A DNA stretch of 64,000 bases, taken from the IMG/VR virus record IMGVR_UViG_2548876809_000002, positions 18,058 through 82,057 of that record. One strand, given 5' to 3'. Below the pieces are notes generated by a model, which was not told the origin of the DNA, did no database searches, and saw only the letters and a program-made list of their open reading frames with translations. The DNA is from a virus (taxonomy: Duplodnaviria > Caudoviricetes). The translations under genes and the position numbers were made by a program. Below are positions 55,762 to 64,000 of this stretch, piece by piece. Each line of letters opens with the position of its first letter. Positions within the stretch are counted from its first letter, which is position 1.

Positions 55762-58700
55762 ATGGCCAAGGCCCTAAAATTTGCTGCTCTCGCGGTTGGC
55801 GCTGTCGCTCTGATCGCGACCGGTGTTGGCGCCGTTGCGCTCGGCGGGCTTGCTGGGTCGCTCACCATCGCCGGTGTTTCGACTAGCACCTTGCTGCTCG
55901 CTTCGGCTGGCCTGTCTGTCGCTGCCGGGCTCCTTCAGAAAGCTCCGAAGGTCACCGCGTCGCAGACGGACCGGCTGACTGCCAGCATTGACCCCCGGGC
56001 TTTCCGCAAAACGGTGCTCGGACAAACCGCGATGCCGGTCGACGTCCGGTACGAGGAGTGGTCGGGCAACAATCAGGAGTTCTGCGACTGGATCGTTGCT
56101 TTCGCCAGCCATGCGATCGACGGGCTTGAGGAGGTATGGCTCGATACCGAGTTGGCGTGGTCGGCGACGACCGGCTACTCTGCGAAGTACAACGGCTATT
56201 TCTCGATCCCGAACCTCGTGCTCGATGGCACCGGCCAGAACGCCTTCACGTTCGGCAGCGGCCAATGGAACCACAACACTGCCCGCCTGACCGGCTGCGC
56301 ATACGCGCGCTTCCGCTTCAAGGTGACCGGGAACAACAAGAAGGCAGAGAGCCCCTTCTCGAGCGGGATCCCCAGCAGGATCACCGCCATCGGGCGCGGC
56401 GCCAAGCTGTACGATCCGCGCCGCGACAGCACCGTTGTCGGCGGGTCGGGCCCGATGCGCTGGAACGACCAGTCGACTTGGCGCTTCACGACCGACGACG
56501 GCATCGTGATCGGCGAGAACCTGCCGCTTCAGATCCTCCGCGTCATTCTTGGCTGGCGGATTAAAAATCCGAGCAACGGCGTGATGAAGTTGGCAACCGG
56601 CGCGGGCGTACCCGGGCGGCGCATCAGTTTTCAGTCGTTCCAGACTGCCGCGAACCTCGCCGACGAACTCGTCAACCGCGCAGCCGGCGGGAACGAGCCG
56701 CGCTACCACGGCGCGAGCGTGATCTCCGAAGGCGACGACCAGAAGACCGTCCTCGATATGCTTTGCTCGGCATGCTGCGGGCGGTTCCGCGACACAGGCG
56801 GCAAGCTGGCGCTCGCGATCTCCCACAACGATCTCGCGGCGGCGGCGGTCGATGACGGCTTGAACGATGACGATGTCGTCGGCGCGTTCACCTGGGATCC
56901 CGATCCTTCGCTCGAATCAACGCCGAACGTGGTCCGCGGCCGGTACGTCGACGCAACGTCGGCCTCGCTGTACCAGCTGATCGACTATCCCGAGGTTCGG
57001 TTGCCCAGCCCGGACGGGCAGGATCGAATTCTGACGCTCGACCTTGGCGTCGTCGAGAGCCCGAGCCACGCGCAGCGCGTCGCTAAGCAGGTCCTGCAGC
57101 GTCGGCAATACTCGCGCCAGTTCGCCGCACCGTTCGATATCCGCGCGTGGAAATACACCGTCGGCGACGTGCTGCCCTTCACCTTCGCCCCGCTGGGGTT
57201 CCGCCGCGGAGTGTTCCGCGTGAAGGAGCAGGAGCTCGGGCAGAACGGCACCTGCAACATGGTGCTGACCTTCGAGACGCCAGCCTTTTATCAGTGGGAT
57301 GCAGACGACTCTTTGCCGGTCCAGGGTGCCGAGCCGATCGTCTACGACAGCACGAACAACCCGCTGATCCTGGCGATCGACGACGCAGCGACCACGGCGT
57401 TCTGGAACGGCGTAACCGGCGACGGCAAGCCAGCGGACAACGCCACGAACAGCGCAGATCCGAACAGTCCTTTCGGCTCGGGTACCGTCAGCCAGTTTGA
57501 AACGGAAGTCGCCGCGGCCAAGGCGCAGTTGGCCTACATCGACGGCGAGATCGTCACGATCAATAAGGCGGTCGCTGACGCAGACGACCGCATCGACGCT
57601 GCCGACAAGGATGCGAAAGACGCACTCGCATCGGCGGTCGACATCCTCAATGACAAGGATGCAAAGCTTAGCGAACGCATCGATAGCGTGGAGGCAGACG
57701 GCGGTTATGACGACACGTCGGTGCGGGCGGAGATCAAGCGCGTCGATGACGCGGCGGTAACACGCGATGGTACGATCGCCCGACAGATCGACAGCGTCAT
57801 TACCGACTTTAAGGCAGGCGACACCGCAGCAAACAGCCGGATCGATCAAGTCGCGACGACTGCGTCCGATGCGAAATCGGCAGTCGGCAGCCTAAGCACC
57901 AGCGTTGATACCCGGTTCACGGGGGTGAACACGACGCTGACCAACTACAATGGCCGCCTTACGACGCTATCCACTGACCTCCAGGGCTATGCCAGCCGGA
58001 CCGGGACGCTGGAGACGACCGTCGGACCGGCGGACGGCAGCAAGCAACCCCTCATGTCGCGCGTGACGACGGCGGAGAACGCGATCGCCAACTTCCCCGG
58101 CAGTTACGCTGCGGCGTCGCGCGCCGCTGCGCTTGAGGCGCAGGTCAACGGCGAGGCGGATAGCCGACTGCTCGGCCGTGCAAATGACCAGGCCACAGTG
58201 ATCGCCGATGCAAAAGTTGGCGCGGTTGCGCAAAGCCTATCGACCCTGTCTGCCCGGATCCGTCAGGGGTCGCCGAACCTTTTGGTCAACAGCGACTTTC
58301 ATGACGGGCGCAACTATTACGGGACAAGCGGCCCCGGCTGGTCAGTACAAAAAGGCTACTACCCAGGCACGTTTTTGCAGAAGGACGGCACTGAGCACGC
58401 TTACATGTGGCAGGACGTAAGCGTTCAAGGAAATGTGTCCTATTCTATCAGCGCCAACTTTGGCAACGATCAGCCGGACAGGGTTTTCCTGTATATTCAG
58501 TGGTTCGACGCGAACTATAACTACCTCGGCAACGGCCCCGATATTCGCAACCGCGGCGGTGGTTGGACCCGCGAAAAGAGCGTTAACCTAGTTGCCCCCT
58601 CGAACGCCGCAATAGGTCGTCTGATAATCGACACCAACGATAACGTTGGCGGCACGGGCCGTGTCAACAATCTCCAAATGCAAGAAGGCCCGGCTACCGA

Positions 58701-59352
58701 TTACCAGCCCGATCAGTCGCTTGGCGTTATCTCAGCGTCGATCACACAACAAGCTGGCGCGCTCGCCGGGATCGACGGGCGCACGAGCGTCTACTGGTCG
58801 GTCACGGGTACGACCGCGGACGGCAGCACAAAGATCGAGCTGCTCAAGTCCGACGGCAGCGCTGGCCTCTTCTACATCGGTGCAAATCTGCTGGTCGACG
58901 GCAATGCGATCTTCAACGGCACCGTGACGATCCGCGCGCTCGACCGATCGACCATGACCGCGACCACGGCCGGGAGCGTGTCGGGCACCTATGGTGGCGC
59001 TGGCAACCCCTCACTCATCTACATTCCGAACCTTGGTGCCGATATGGCGATCAGGTCCGGCGGCTCGCTCTATTTCACCTTCACCGGTAACATCGCTGCG
59101 ACGACGGACTCGAGCGGCTCCGTCTATGCTTCGTTCGAGGTCCTGAACGCGGCCGATAACAGCGTGCTCGCGAGCGTCCGCCTGCCGACGCCCGGGTTCG
59201 GGCCGAGTGGACGGCTCGACAACTTCGTCATCCGAATCCTGAATGTCTGGGGCGAACTGACGATCCGATGGCGGGTCGCCTCACGCACGACCGATCGGAC
59301 CTGGTCCATCGTCCAGAACCCGCAATGCTCTGTCTATTGGACCGCGCTATGA
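55762..59352 (+). CDS. Central tail fibre / host-specificity J-like protein
   Basis: 1196 aa; tail-tip N-terminus, coiled coil, CBM-like insert. Confidence 0.8.
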   Translation: MAKALKFAALAVGAVALIATGVGAVALGGLAGSLTIAGVSTSTLLLASAGLSVAAGLLQKAPKVTASQTDRLTASIDPRAFRKTVLGQTAMPVDVRYEEWSGNNQEFCDWIVAFASHAIDGLEEVWLDTELAWSATTGYSAKYNGYFSIPNLVLDGTGQNAFTFGSGQWNHNTARLTGCAYARFRFKVTGNNKKAESPFSSGIPSRITAIGRGAKLYDPRRDSTVVGGSGPMRWNDQSTWRFTTDDGIVIGENLPLQILRVILGWRIKNPSNGVMKLATGAGVPGRRISFQSFQTAANLADELVNRAAGGNEPRYHGASVISEGDDQKTVLDMLCSACCGRFRDTGGKLALAISHNDLAAAAVDDGLNDDDVVGAFTWDPDPSLESTPNVVRGRYVDATSASLYQLIDYPEVRLPSPDGQDRILTLDLGVVESPSHAQRVAKQVLQRRQYSRQFAAPFDIRAWKYTVGDVLPFTFAPLGFRRGVFRVKEQELGQNGTCNMVLTFETPAFYQWDADDSLPVQGAEPIVYDSTNNPLILAIDDAATTAFWNGVTGDGKPADNATNSADPNSPFGSGTVSQFETEVAAAKAQLAYIDGEIVTINKAVADADDRIDAADKDAKDALASAVDILNDKDAKLSERIDSVEADGGYDDTSVRAEIKRVDDAAVTRDGTIARQIDSVITDFKAGDTAANSRIDQVATTASDAKSAVGSLSTSVDTRFTGVNTTLTNYNGRLTTLSTDLQGYASRTGTLETTVGPADGSKQPLMSRVTTAENAIANFPGSYAAASRAAALEAQVNGEADSRLLGRANDQATVIADAKVGAVAQSLSTLSARIRQGSPNLLVNSDFHDGRNYYGTSGPGWSVQKGYYPGTFLQKDGTEHAYMWQDVSVQGNVSYSISANFGNDQPDRVFLYIQWFDANYNYLGNGPDIRNRGGGWTREKSVNLVAPSNAAIGRLIIDTNDNVGGTGRVNNLQMQEGPATDYQPDQSLGVISASITQQAGALAGIDGRTSVYWSVTGTTADGSTKIELLKSDGSAGLFYIGANLLVDGNAIFNGTVTIRALDRSTMTATTAGSVSGTYGGAGNPSLIYIPNLGADMAIRSGGSLYFTFTGNIAATTDSSGSVYASFEVLNAADNSVLASVRLPTPGFGPSGRLDNFVIRILNVWGELTIRWRVASRTTDRTWSIVQNPQCSVYWTAL

Positions 59353-59765
59353 ACCACCTTGCCCTCTACGATATCGCAACCGGCGCGGTGGTCGGCACGA
59401 TCTCGGCCGACATTGTGCCGGAGGCGGACGCCGGATTTGCGTACATCGAATACGACCCGCTGACGGATCCGCGCGGTTGGACGGTCGAGAATAATGCGCT
59501 TGTGCCGGCATCAGTGCCGGTGACGGTGTCGGTCCCGGTCCGCTACACCTTTAACGAGTGGGTCGATCTGTTCTCGCTGGCCGAGCAGGTCGCGATTGTC
59601 ACGGCAACGATGTCGGATCCCTTGGCGAAGCTGATCTATGACCGAGCCCAGTCGGCATCCGGCAACATCGATCCCAAGGACGCGCGCACTCTTGAGGGCC
59701 TCGGATACTTGGTCAGCAAGGGTTGGGTGAGCACGGCCACACACGACCGGATCGCCGCGTTATGA
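59349..59765 (+). CDS. Tail fibre-associated protein
   Basis: ATGA coupling to J-like gene. Confidence 0.6.
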   Translation: MNHLALYDIATGAVVGTISADIVPEADAGFAYIEYDPLTDPRGWTVENNALVPASVPVTVSVPVRYTFNEWVDLFSLAEQVAIVTATMSDPLAKLIYDRAQSASGNIDPKDARTLEGLGYLVSKGWVSTATHDRIAAL

Positions 59766-60040
59766 AGCGGCTCGGGCGCTGGATCATCCAGTTCCTGATC
59801 GCGATCGACCAGTTCGCTTACGTGCTGCTCGCCGGGCCGTACTATCTCATCTTCGGCGGTGCCTGCCCCTCGGCGGATGAGACGATCAGCTCGCGCGTCG
59901 GCCGCGCAGCGATGGCCGGGGCTTGGTGGGGCAAGCCCTGCGCCTGGGCGATCGACCACCTCTTCATGCTGCTCGGATCGAAGCCCGGGCACTGCGCCCG
60001 CGCGATCGAGACGGCCTTCCTCGGCATGGCGCCGAAATAA
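59762..60040 (+). CDS. Phage membrane-associated hypothetical protein
   Basis: IAIDQ...DETISSR.GR...C..ID...HC motif. Confidence 0.65.
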   Translation: MKRLGRWIIQFLIAIDQFAYVLLAGPYYLIFGGACPSADETISSRVGRAAMAGAWWGKPCAWAIDHLFMLLGSKPGHCARAIETAFLGMAPK

Positions 60041-60063
60041 CTCCTCTTCGAAGGGACACTGCT

Positions 60064-60342
60064 ATGTTCTGGCTGCGGCTCATCAACCTCGCAGGCTGGC
60101 TGCTTGTGCTCGCGTACATGGCACCAGCGGTCCTTGGCATTCTGCGGGGAAAGCCGCGCGACGGCGATCCACCCCGCCTGATTTACGCCGCGTTCGCGTT
60201 GTTGGTGGTCGGCTTCAACCTCCGTTTCCTCGCTCTTTCAGAGTCCGTCGCGTTTCACTTCGGCTTGCTGATCCTCAGCATCGTCGTTGCCGGGTTCACG
60301 ATCCGCGCCGCGCGCGCATACGGGAGGGGCGCGCATGTCTAA
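60064..60342 (+). CDS. Three-TM protein, holin candidate
   Basis: Three hydrophobic helices upstream of endolysin. Confidence 0.55.
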   Translation: MFWLRLINLAGWLLVLAYMAPAVLGILRGKPRDGDPPRLIYAAFALLVVGFNLRFLALSESVAFHFGLLILSIVVAGFTIRAARAYGRGAHV

Positions 60343-60775
60343 TCACCCGGTGACGGTTGCTGTTCAAGGCTGGACCTGGTCGGCGGGGTTGCTCGCTACC
60401 CTCAACGCGGTCGTGATCGGCGTCGCGGTCGCGCTGGTGAAGGCTTGGCCCGCTCTCAAGAAGATCGCGAACGATCGCGAAAAGACCGCGCTGGAAGCCC
60501 GCGGCGAAGACATGATCAAGATGAATGAGCGCGTCGCGGCGCTTGAGGCTCGGGTCGAAAGTGCATCGCAGGCCGCGCACTCCGCTGAGATGAAGCTCGT
60601 TTACGCGGTCAACGCCGTGCAGCTGCTGGCAGCCCCGATCCGTGCCGCCAACCCGAATGATCCGACACTGTTGCAGGCGATGGAACTGCTCGCGGCGGCA
60701 ACCATCGGCGGGATGCCCGGCTGGGCCCCAAAGATTTCGGCCGAACTCACCAAAATCAAAGGTGTAGGCGAATGA
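60335..60775 (+). CDS. Membrane-anchored coiled-coil protein (holin/antiholin candidate)
   Basis: N-terminal TM helix then coiled coil. Confidence 0.5.
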   Translation: MSNHPVTVAVQGWTWSAGLLATLNAVVIGVAVALVKAWPALKKIANDREKTALEARGEDMIKMNERVAALEARVESASQAAHSAEMKLVYAVNAVQLLAAPIRAANPNDPTLLQAMELLAAATIGGMPGWAPKISAELTKIKGVGE

Positions 60776-61347
60776 TGATCAACGGCAGCATCACCGCGCG
60801 CATTGCTTGCGAGCTCGCTGGGGCGGAAGGAATCGTTCCCGAGTGGTATCTCGACAGCGCGACACCTCCGGTCGGCACTTGGGGGATCGGCGTGACCGAT
60901 TCATCGGGCCATCTGGTGGCGCGGTACAAGGACAAGCCCGCCACAATCAAGCGCGTGCTCGAGGTCTATATCTGGCTGCTGCGGACCACATACGGGCCTG
61001 AGGTGCTTGCGGCGTTCAAGGGACGCACGCTGACCGAGGCGCAGTTCGCGGCGGCGCTGTCGTTCCATTACAATACCGGCGCAATCGCCGCGACGGCTTG
61101 GGTGAGCCTGTTCCTGGCGGGCAAAGTCGCCGAGGCGCGGAAGTTCCTCGAAACGCACTATCTCAACGACGGCGACCTCAAGCCGCGGCGGATGGACGAA
61201 GCTGCCCTGTTCTTCGACGGGAAGTGGAAGCACCTCGACGGCATCGTCAACGTCTACCCGGTCAGCAAGCCGAGCTACCTGCCCGGGAGGCCGGTACGGG
61301 TCGATATTCGCGCCGACGTCGCCGCGGCCCTGGCGGCACAGTCGTGA
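60772..61347 (+). CDS. Endolysin, GH24 (T4 lysozyme-like)
   Basis: EG....YLD....TWGIG catalytic triad; QFAAALSFHYNTG. Confidence 0.85.
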   Translation: MMINGSITARIACELAGAEGIVPEWYLDSATPPVGTWGIGVTDSSGHLVARYKDKPATIKRVLEVYIWLLRTTYGPEVLAAFKGRTLTEAQFAAALSFHYNTGAIAATAWVSLFLAGKVAEARKFLETHYLNDGDLKPRRMDEAALFFDGKWKHLDGIVNVYPVSKPSYLPGRPVRVDIRADVAAALAAQS

Positions 61348-61748
61348 GCGTCTTCACGAACCGTCGCGTGTCATGGACGTCGATCGCCATCATCGTCGGT
61401 CTGCCGGTGCTGCTGGCTTTCCTCGCCTGGCTGATTTGGATCCTGTCCGATCCCGTCAAATGGTGCAGCGTCCGCGTGGCCGACACGAAGCTCGCCACCA
61501 GTTCGATCGCTGACTGCACCTCGATCGAGATGGAGCTGATCAAGTGGCTCGGGTGGACCGCGGTCGGATTGCTCGGGGTCGTAGCGATCGCGTTCCTGAC
61601 CATCGTCACGCGCGACTTGAAAGCCAAGATCGACGCGGAAGGCTGGGGCTTGAAGCTGCGCACCGGCGGCGATGCGGGTGAGGCGGCGGACCAGGTAGCC
61701 GGCGCGGCGGCGGATGCCGCTGCCGACATCAAGAGCGGTGTCGCATGA
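61344..61748 (+). CDS. Two-TM lysis-cassette protein
   Basis: GTGA coupling; two TM helices. Confidence 0.5.
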   Translation: MSVFTNRRVSWTSIAIIVGLPVLLAFLAWLIWILSDPVKWCSVRVADTKLATSSIADCTSIEMELIKWLGWTAVGLLGVVAIAFLTIVTRDLKAKIDAEGWGLKLRTGGDAGEAADQVAGAAADAAADIKSGVA

Positions 61749-62113
61749 CGGGCCTCGGAACATGGTTCGCCGCGCGCGCCGCGCAGATCGTCTTCATCCT
61801 CGGCGTCGCCGTCTTGGTCGCAACCGTTATTTCGATCCGCTCGTGCGGATCCGCGCAGACGGCGAAGACCGAGACCAAGCTCGCAATCGGCCAAGGGGCC
61901 GCAGCGATCGAGAGCGGGTCCGATGCGGTCAACACCGTTGGCAACGCCGCGGGCAACGAAACCGAGATCCATCAGACAGCGAAAGAGGGAACCCATGCGA
62001 TTCAAGTCGCGCCTGCGGGCAACAGTAACGATGCCGCTGATCGCGCTGCTTGCCGGCTGCGCAGCTACCGTAATTCGGCCAAGTGCGTCACCCTGCTCGG
62101 CCCTGCTTCCTGA
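61745..62113 (+). CDS. i-spanin (Rz-like)
   Basis: N-terminal TM helix, periplasmic helix, C-terminal Cys residues. Confidence 0.6.
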   Translation: MTGLGTWFAARAAQIVFILGVAVLVATVISIRSCGSAQTAKTETKLAIGQGAAAIESGSDAVNTVGNAAGNETEIHQTAKEGTHAIQVAPAGNSNDAADRAACRLRSYRNSAKCVTLLGPAS

Positions 62114-62339
62114 CGAGTGGACGGTCGGCGTTGCGCCGGCAGCGCAGCCGGAGAGCGCCAAACTTGCGGACGGCCACGATGACGCCCGGCCTTGGCAGAG
62201 CGGCTTCGTTGAGCAGACCGGACAGCTGGAGGTTGCGAACGGCCGTTACACCGCCGCGGTCGGCATCGTCGGACGCTGCGAAGCTCGTGATGCTGCGGCA
62301 ATCGCGAAAGCCCGCCCCAAGGTGCTCGGCATCTTCTGA
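61995..62339 (+). CDS. o-spanin (Rz1-like lipoprotein)
   Basis: LLAGC lipobox; overlaps i-spanin in another frame; GAGGGA RBS. Confidence 0.65.
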   Translation: MRFKSRLRATVTMPLIALLAGCAATVIRPSASPCSALLPDEWTVGVAPAAQPESAKLADGHDDARPWQSGFVEQTGQLEVANGRYTAAVGIVGRCEARDAAAIAKARPKVLGIF

Positions 62340-62360
62340 TCTGCCTCCAACACAGGAAGG

Positions 62361-62741
62361 ATGCCCGTGGCCAATCCACCCGATATCAAGACATTCCCAC
62401 GGCGCATCGATCCGAACATGCCGCGCCGGGGCTTCTATCCGGTGCTGACGCGCGGAAGCGAGGTCCGCGACATCCTCCAGCCCGGGGAGGAAGTCACGTC
62501 GTTCACAGTCACGCCGAACGCCGAGGCGACCGCTGCGGGGTTGGTGGTCATGACGGATGGCGATTTCGCGCCGCGCTATGCCGACCGGGTCTTTGCCTTC
62601 TGGGTCGAGATCGCGACGGCGATGCGCGGCAGTTCGATCTTCAACGGCACCGGCATCGTGTTGGGCGTGGAGCTCAGCTTCACCACCAATTTCCAGCAAT
62701 CTGACCAGATCACGGTCGGCATCCGGGTGGTGAACAAATGA
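62361..62741 (+). CDS. Hypothetical beta-rich protein (fibre adaptor-like)
   Basis: AGGAAGG RBS; coupled downstream. Confidence 0.55.
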   Translation: MPVANPPDIKTFPRRIDPNMPRRGFYPVLTRGSEVRDILQPGEEVTSFTVTPNAEATAAGLVVMTDGDFAPRYADRVFAFWVEIATAMRGSSIFNGTGIVLGVELSFTTNFQQSDQITVGIRVVNK

Positions 62742-63040
62742 CCGAAGAAACCGAAGGACTTGTACTCGGCGGGACCGTTCACAACGGCGAGCGCGTCCGC
62801 GCGACGTTCACCTTCTACCAGGGCATGGTTGGTATCCGCGATCGCGGCGACGTGCGGGAGGTGTCGTTCTTCGCCACTGCGAAGCCCTACACGCCCCTCA
62901 ACGTCCAAGGCTTGGTCGACGGGAAGCTGGTCGAGGTTCTGACCATTGCCGAGCGCCACCTCGACGCAAATGGCACCGAACCGCGCCCCGGCGAAACGCG
63001 CGTCGTGACGCTGACCGTCGCGCCGGTCTGGCTCAACTAG
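62738..63040 (+). CDS. Hypothetical protein (100 aa)
   Basis: ATGA coupling. Confidence 0.55.
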   Translation: MTEETEGLVLGGTVHNGERVRATFTFYQGMVGIRDRGDVREVSFFATAKPYTPLNVQGLVDGKLVEVLTIAERHLDANGTEPRPGETRVVTLTVAPVWLN

Positions 63041-63049
63041 GAGAACGCC

Positions 63050-64000
63050 GTGGCTCTCGCTCCGCTATCGCAGACGCTCGTCCTTACCGCGGACGGCTCC
63101 CCCTACTTGCTGACTGAAGCCGTCAAGATCCCGATTGGGGCGATAGCGCCTCCCCCCAGCCCGGAAACGACATACGCCAACTCGACCGAGATGTTCGCAA
63201 ACCAGGACGGATTCCTAGCAAGCCTGACCGCCCTCCAGCAAAGGATGATCGCCTTGGATCCTGGGACTACCAGCTATCTCGTCGACTTTGGCACCGGGGC
63301 CAACACATCGACCGGAGACACGGTCTTCGCCGCGCTGACCAAGCTGCAAAACTGGATCGCAGCCGTTGAGGCGGTGGCAAACGCCCCGTCATTCTCCGGC
63401 AACCCGACGATCTCCCCAGCCAGCGGCGACACATCGATTACCTATACGGCCGCCGATCCGACAATCTTGAACGGCACGATCACTACCCGCCAGTGGCTGC
63501 TCGGGACCACCGTGATCGGGACCGGCACCACCATCGTCCCAGGCGCGGGCAACACCGGCCAGCTTACCCGAAAGTTGACCGGCACCGGGACGGATGGATC
63601 GACCATCACCTCAAAATCGACCGCAGTGACTGTGGCGGCGGCGGTACCGCCAGTTACGATCAGCGGGACACCCGGATCTGCCACGGTCGGCACCGCATAC
63701 TTGTTCACGCCGACGACCAGCGGTGGCAGCGGCACGAAGACGTTTGCGCTCACCGGCACCCTGCCAGCGGGGCTGTCCCTTAACCCGACAACCGGCGCCA
63801 TCAACGGCACGCCGACGGCGGCCGGCACGAGCTCCGGTCTCAATGTCACCGTCACCGACAGCAGCGGCAGCGCGAACCTTGGCAGCTTCGCGGTCACCGT
63901 GTCGGCGGCAACTACCCCCTCAACCGGAATACTCGCGAACGGCGTCTGGAATGACGCCGCGACGTGGGACGATACTCAATCTTGGAAGGATGCAGCATGA
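63050..64000 (+). CDS. Ig-like (He_PIG-type) domain virion protein
   Basis: GTLPAGLSLNPTTGAINGTPT motif; Thr/Gly/Ser-rich. Confidence 0.75.
   Translation: MALAPLSQTLVLTADGSPYLLTEAVKIPIGAIAPPPSPETTYANSTEMFANQDGFLASLTALQQRMIALDPGTTSYLVDFGTGANTSTGDTVFAALTKLQNWIAAVEAVANAPSFSGNPTISPASGDTSITYTAADPTILNGTITTRQWLLGTTVIGTGTTIVPGAGNTGQLTRKLTGTGTDGSTITSKSTAVTVAAAVPPVTISGTPGSATVGTAYLFTPTTSGGSGTKTFALTGTLPAGLSLNPTTGAINGTPTAAGTSSGLNVTVTDSSGSANLGSFAVTVSAATTPSTGILANGVWNDAATWDDTQSWKDAA

Larger units (their letters stand above)
22519..64000. mobile_element. Prophage B, HK97-like siphovirus, possibly defective (right end beyond window)
   Basis: int-xis-early left-cI/cro-replication-HNH-terminase-head-tail-lysis order; nonsense and frameshift lesions. 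Confidence 0.95.

Noticed and set aside
55762-64000. Diversity-generating retroelement or invertase-driven fibre switching
   Set aside because: No reverse transcriptase, invertase or TR/VR repeat pair seen in the window

Overview
The whole 64 kb is phage DNA from a GC-rich alphaproteobacterium (probably a sphingomonad; inferred from the GAAC-N7-GAAC SOS box, the GapR/DUF2312 domain and gene content). No ordinary host genes are visible. Two different temperate siphovirus-type prophages lie back to back. Their tyrosine integrases converge on a 40-nt 5' half of tRNA-Val(TAC) at 22489-22528. Prophage A (<1-22488) is lambda-like. It has a gpA-type terminase, lambda-type portal, ClpP-capsid fusion, DnaG-plus-SF3 primase-helicase with TGGAAGG iterons, a cro/cI switch with five 15-bp operators, and a LexA-box-controlled microgene. 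Prophage B (22519->64000) is HK97-like. Its early-left accessory cluster includes DUF1643, MazG-like, DndC/PAPS-reductase-like and cupin genes. It also carries its own cro/cI switch with 18-bp operators, TraR-like, MTase, a GapR-FtsK-gamma fusion, an orphan AAA ATPase, O/P-like replication genes, a NusG-like antiterminator, head and tail genes, and a lysis cassette. Prophage B has an in-frame UGA in TerL and two apparent 1-nt frameshifts, so it may be decaying. All family names come from motif recognition by eye; no database searches were run. Several starts were moved from the ORF track to RBS-supported or overlap-supported codons.
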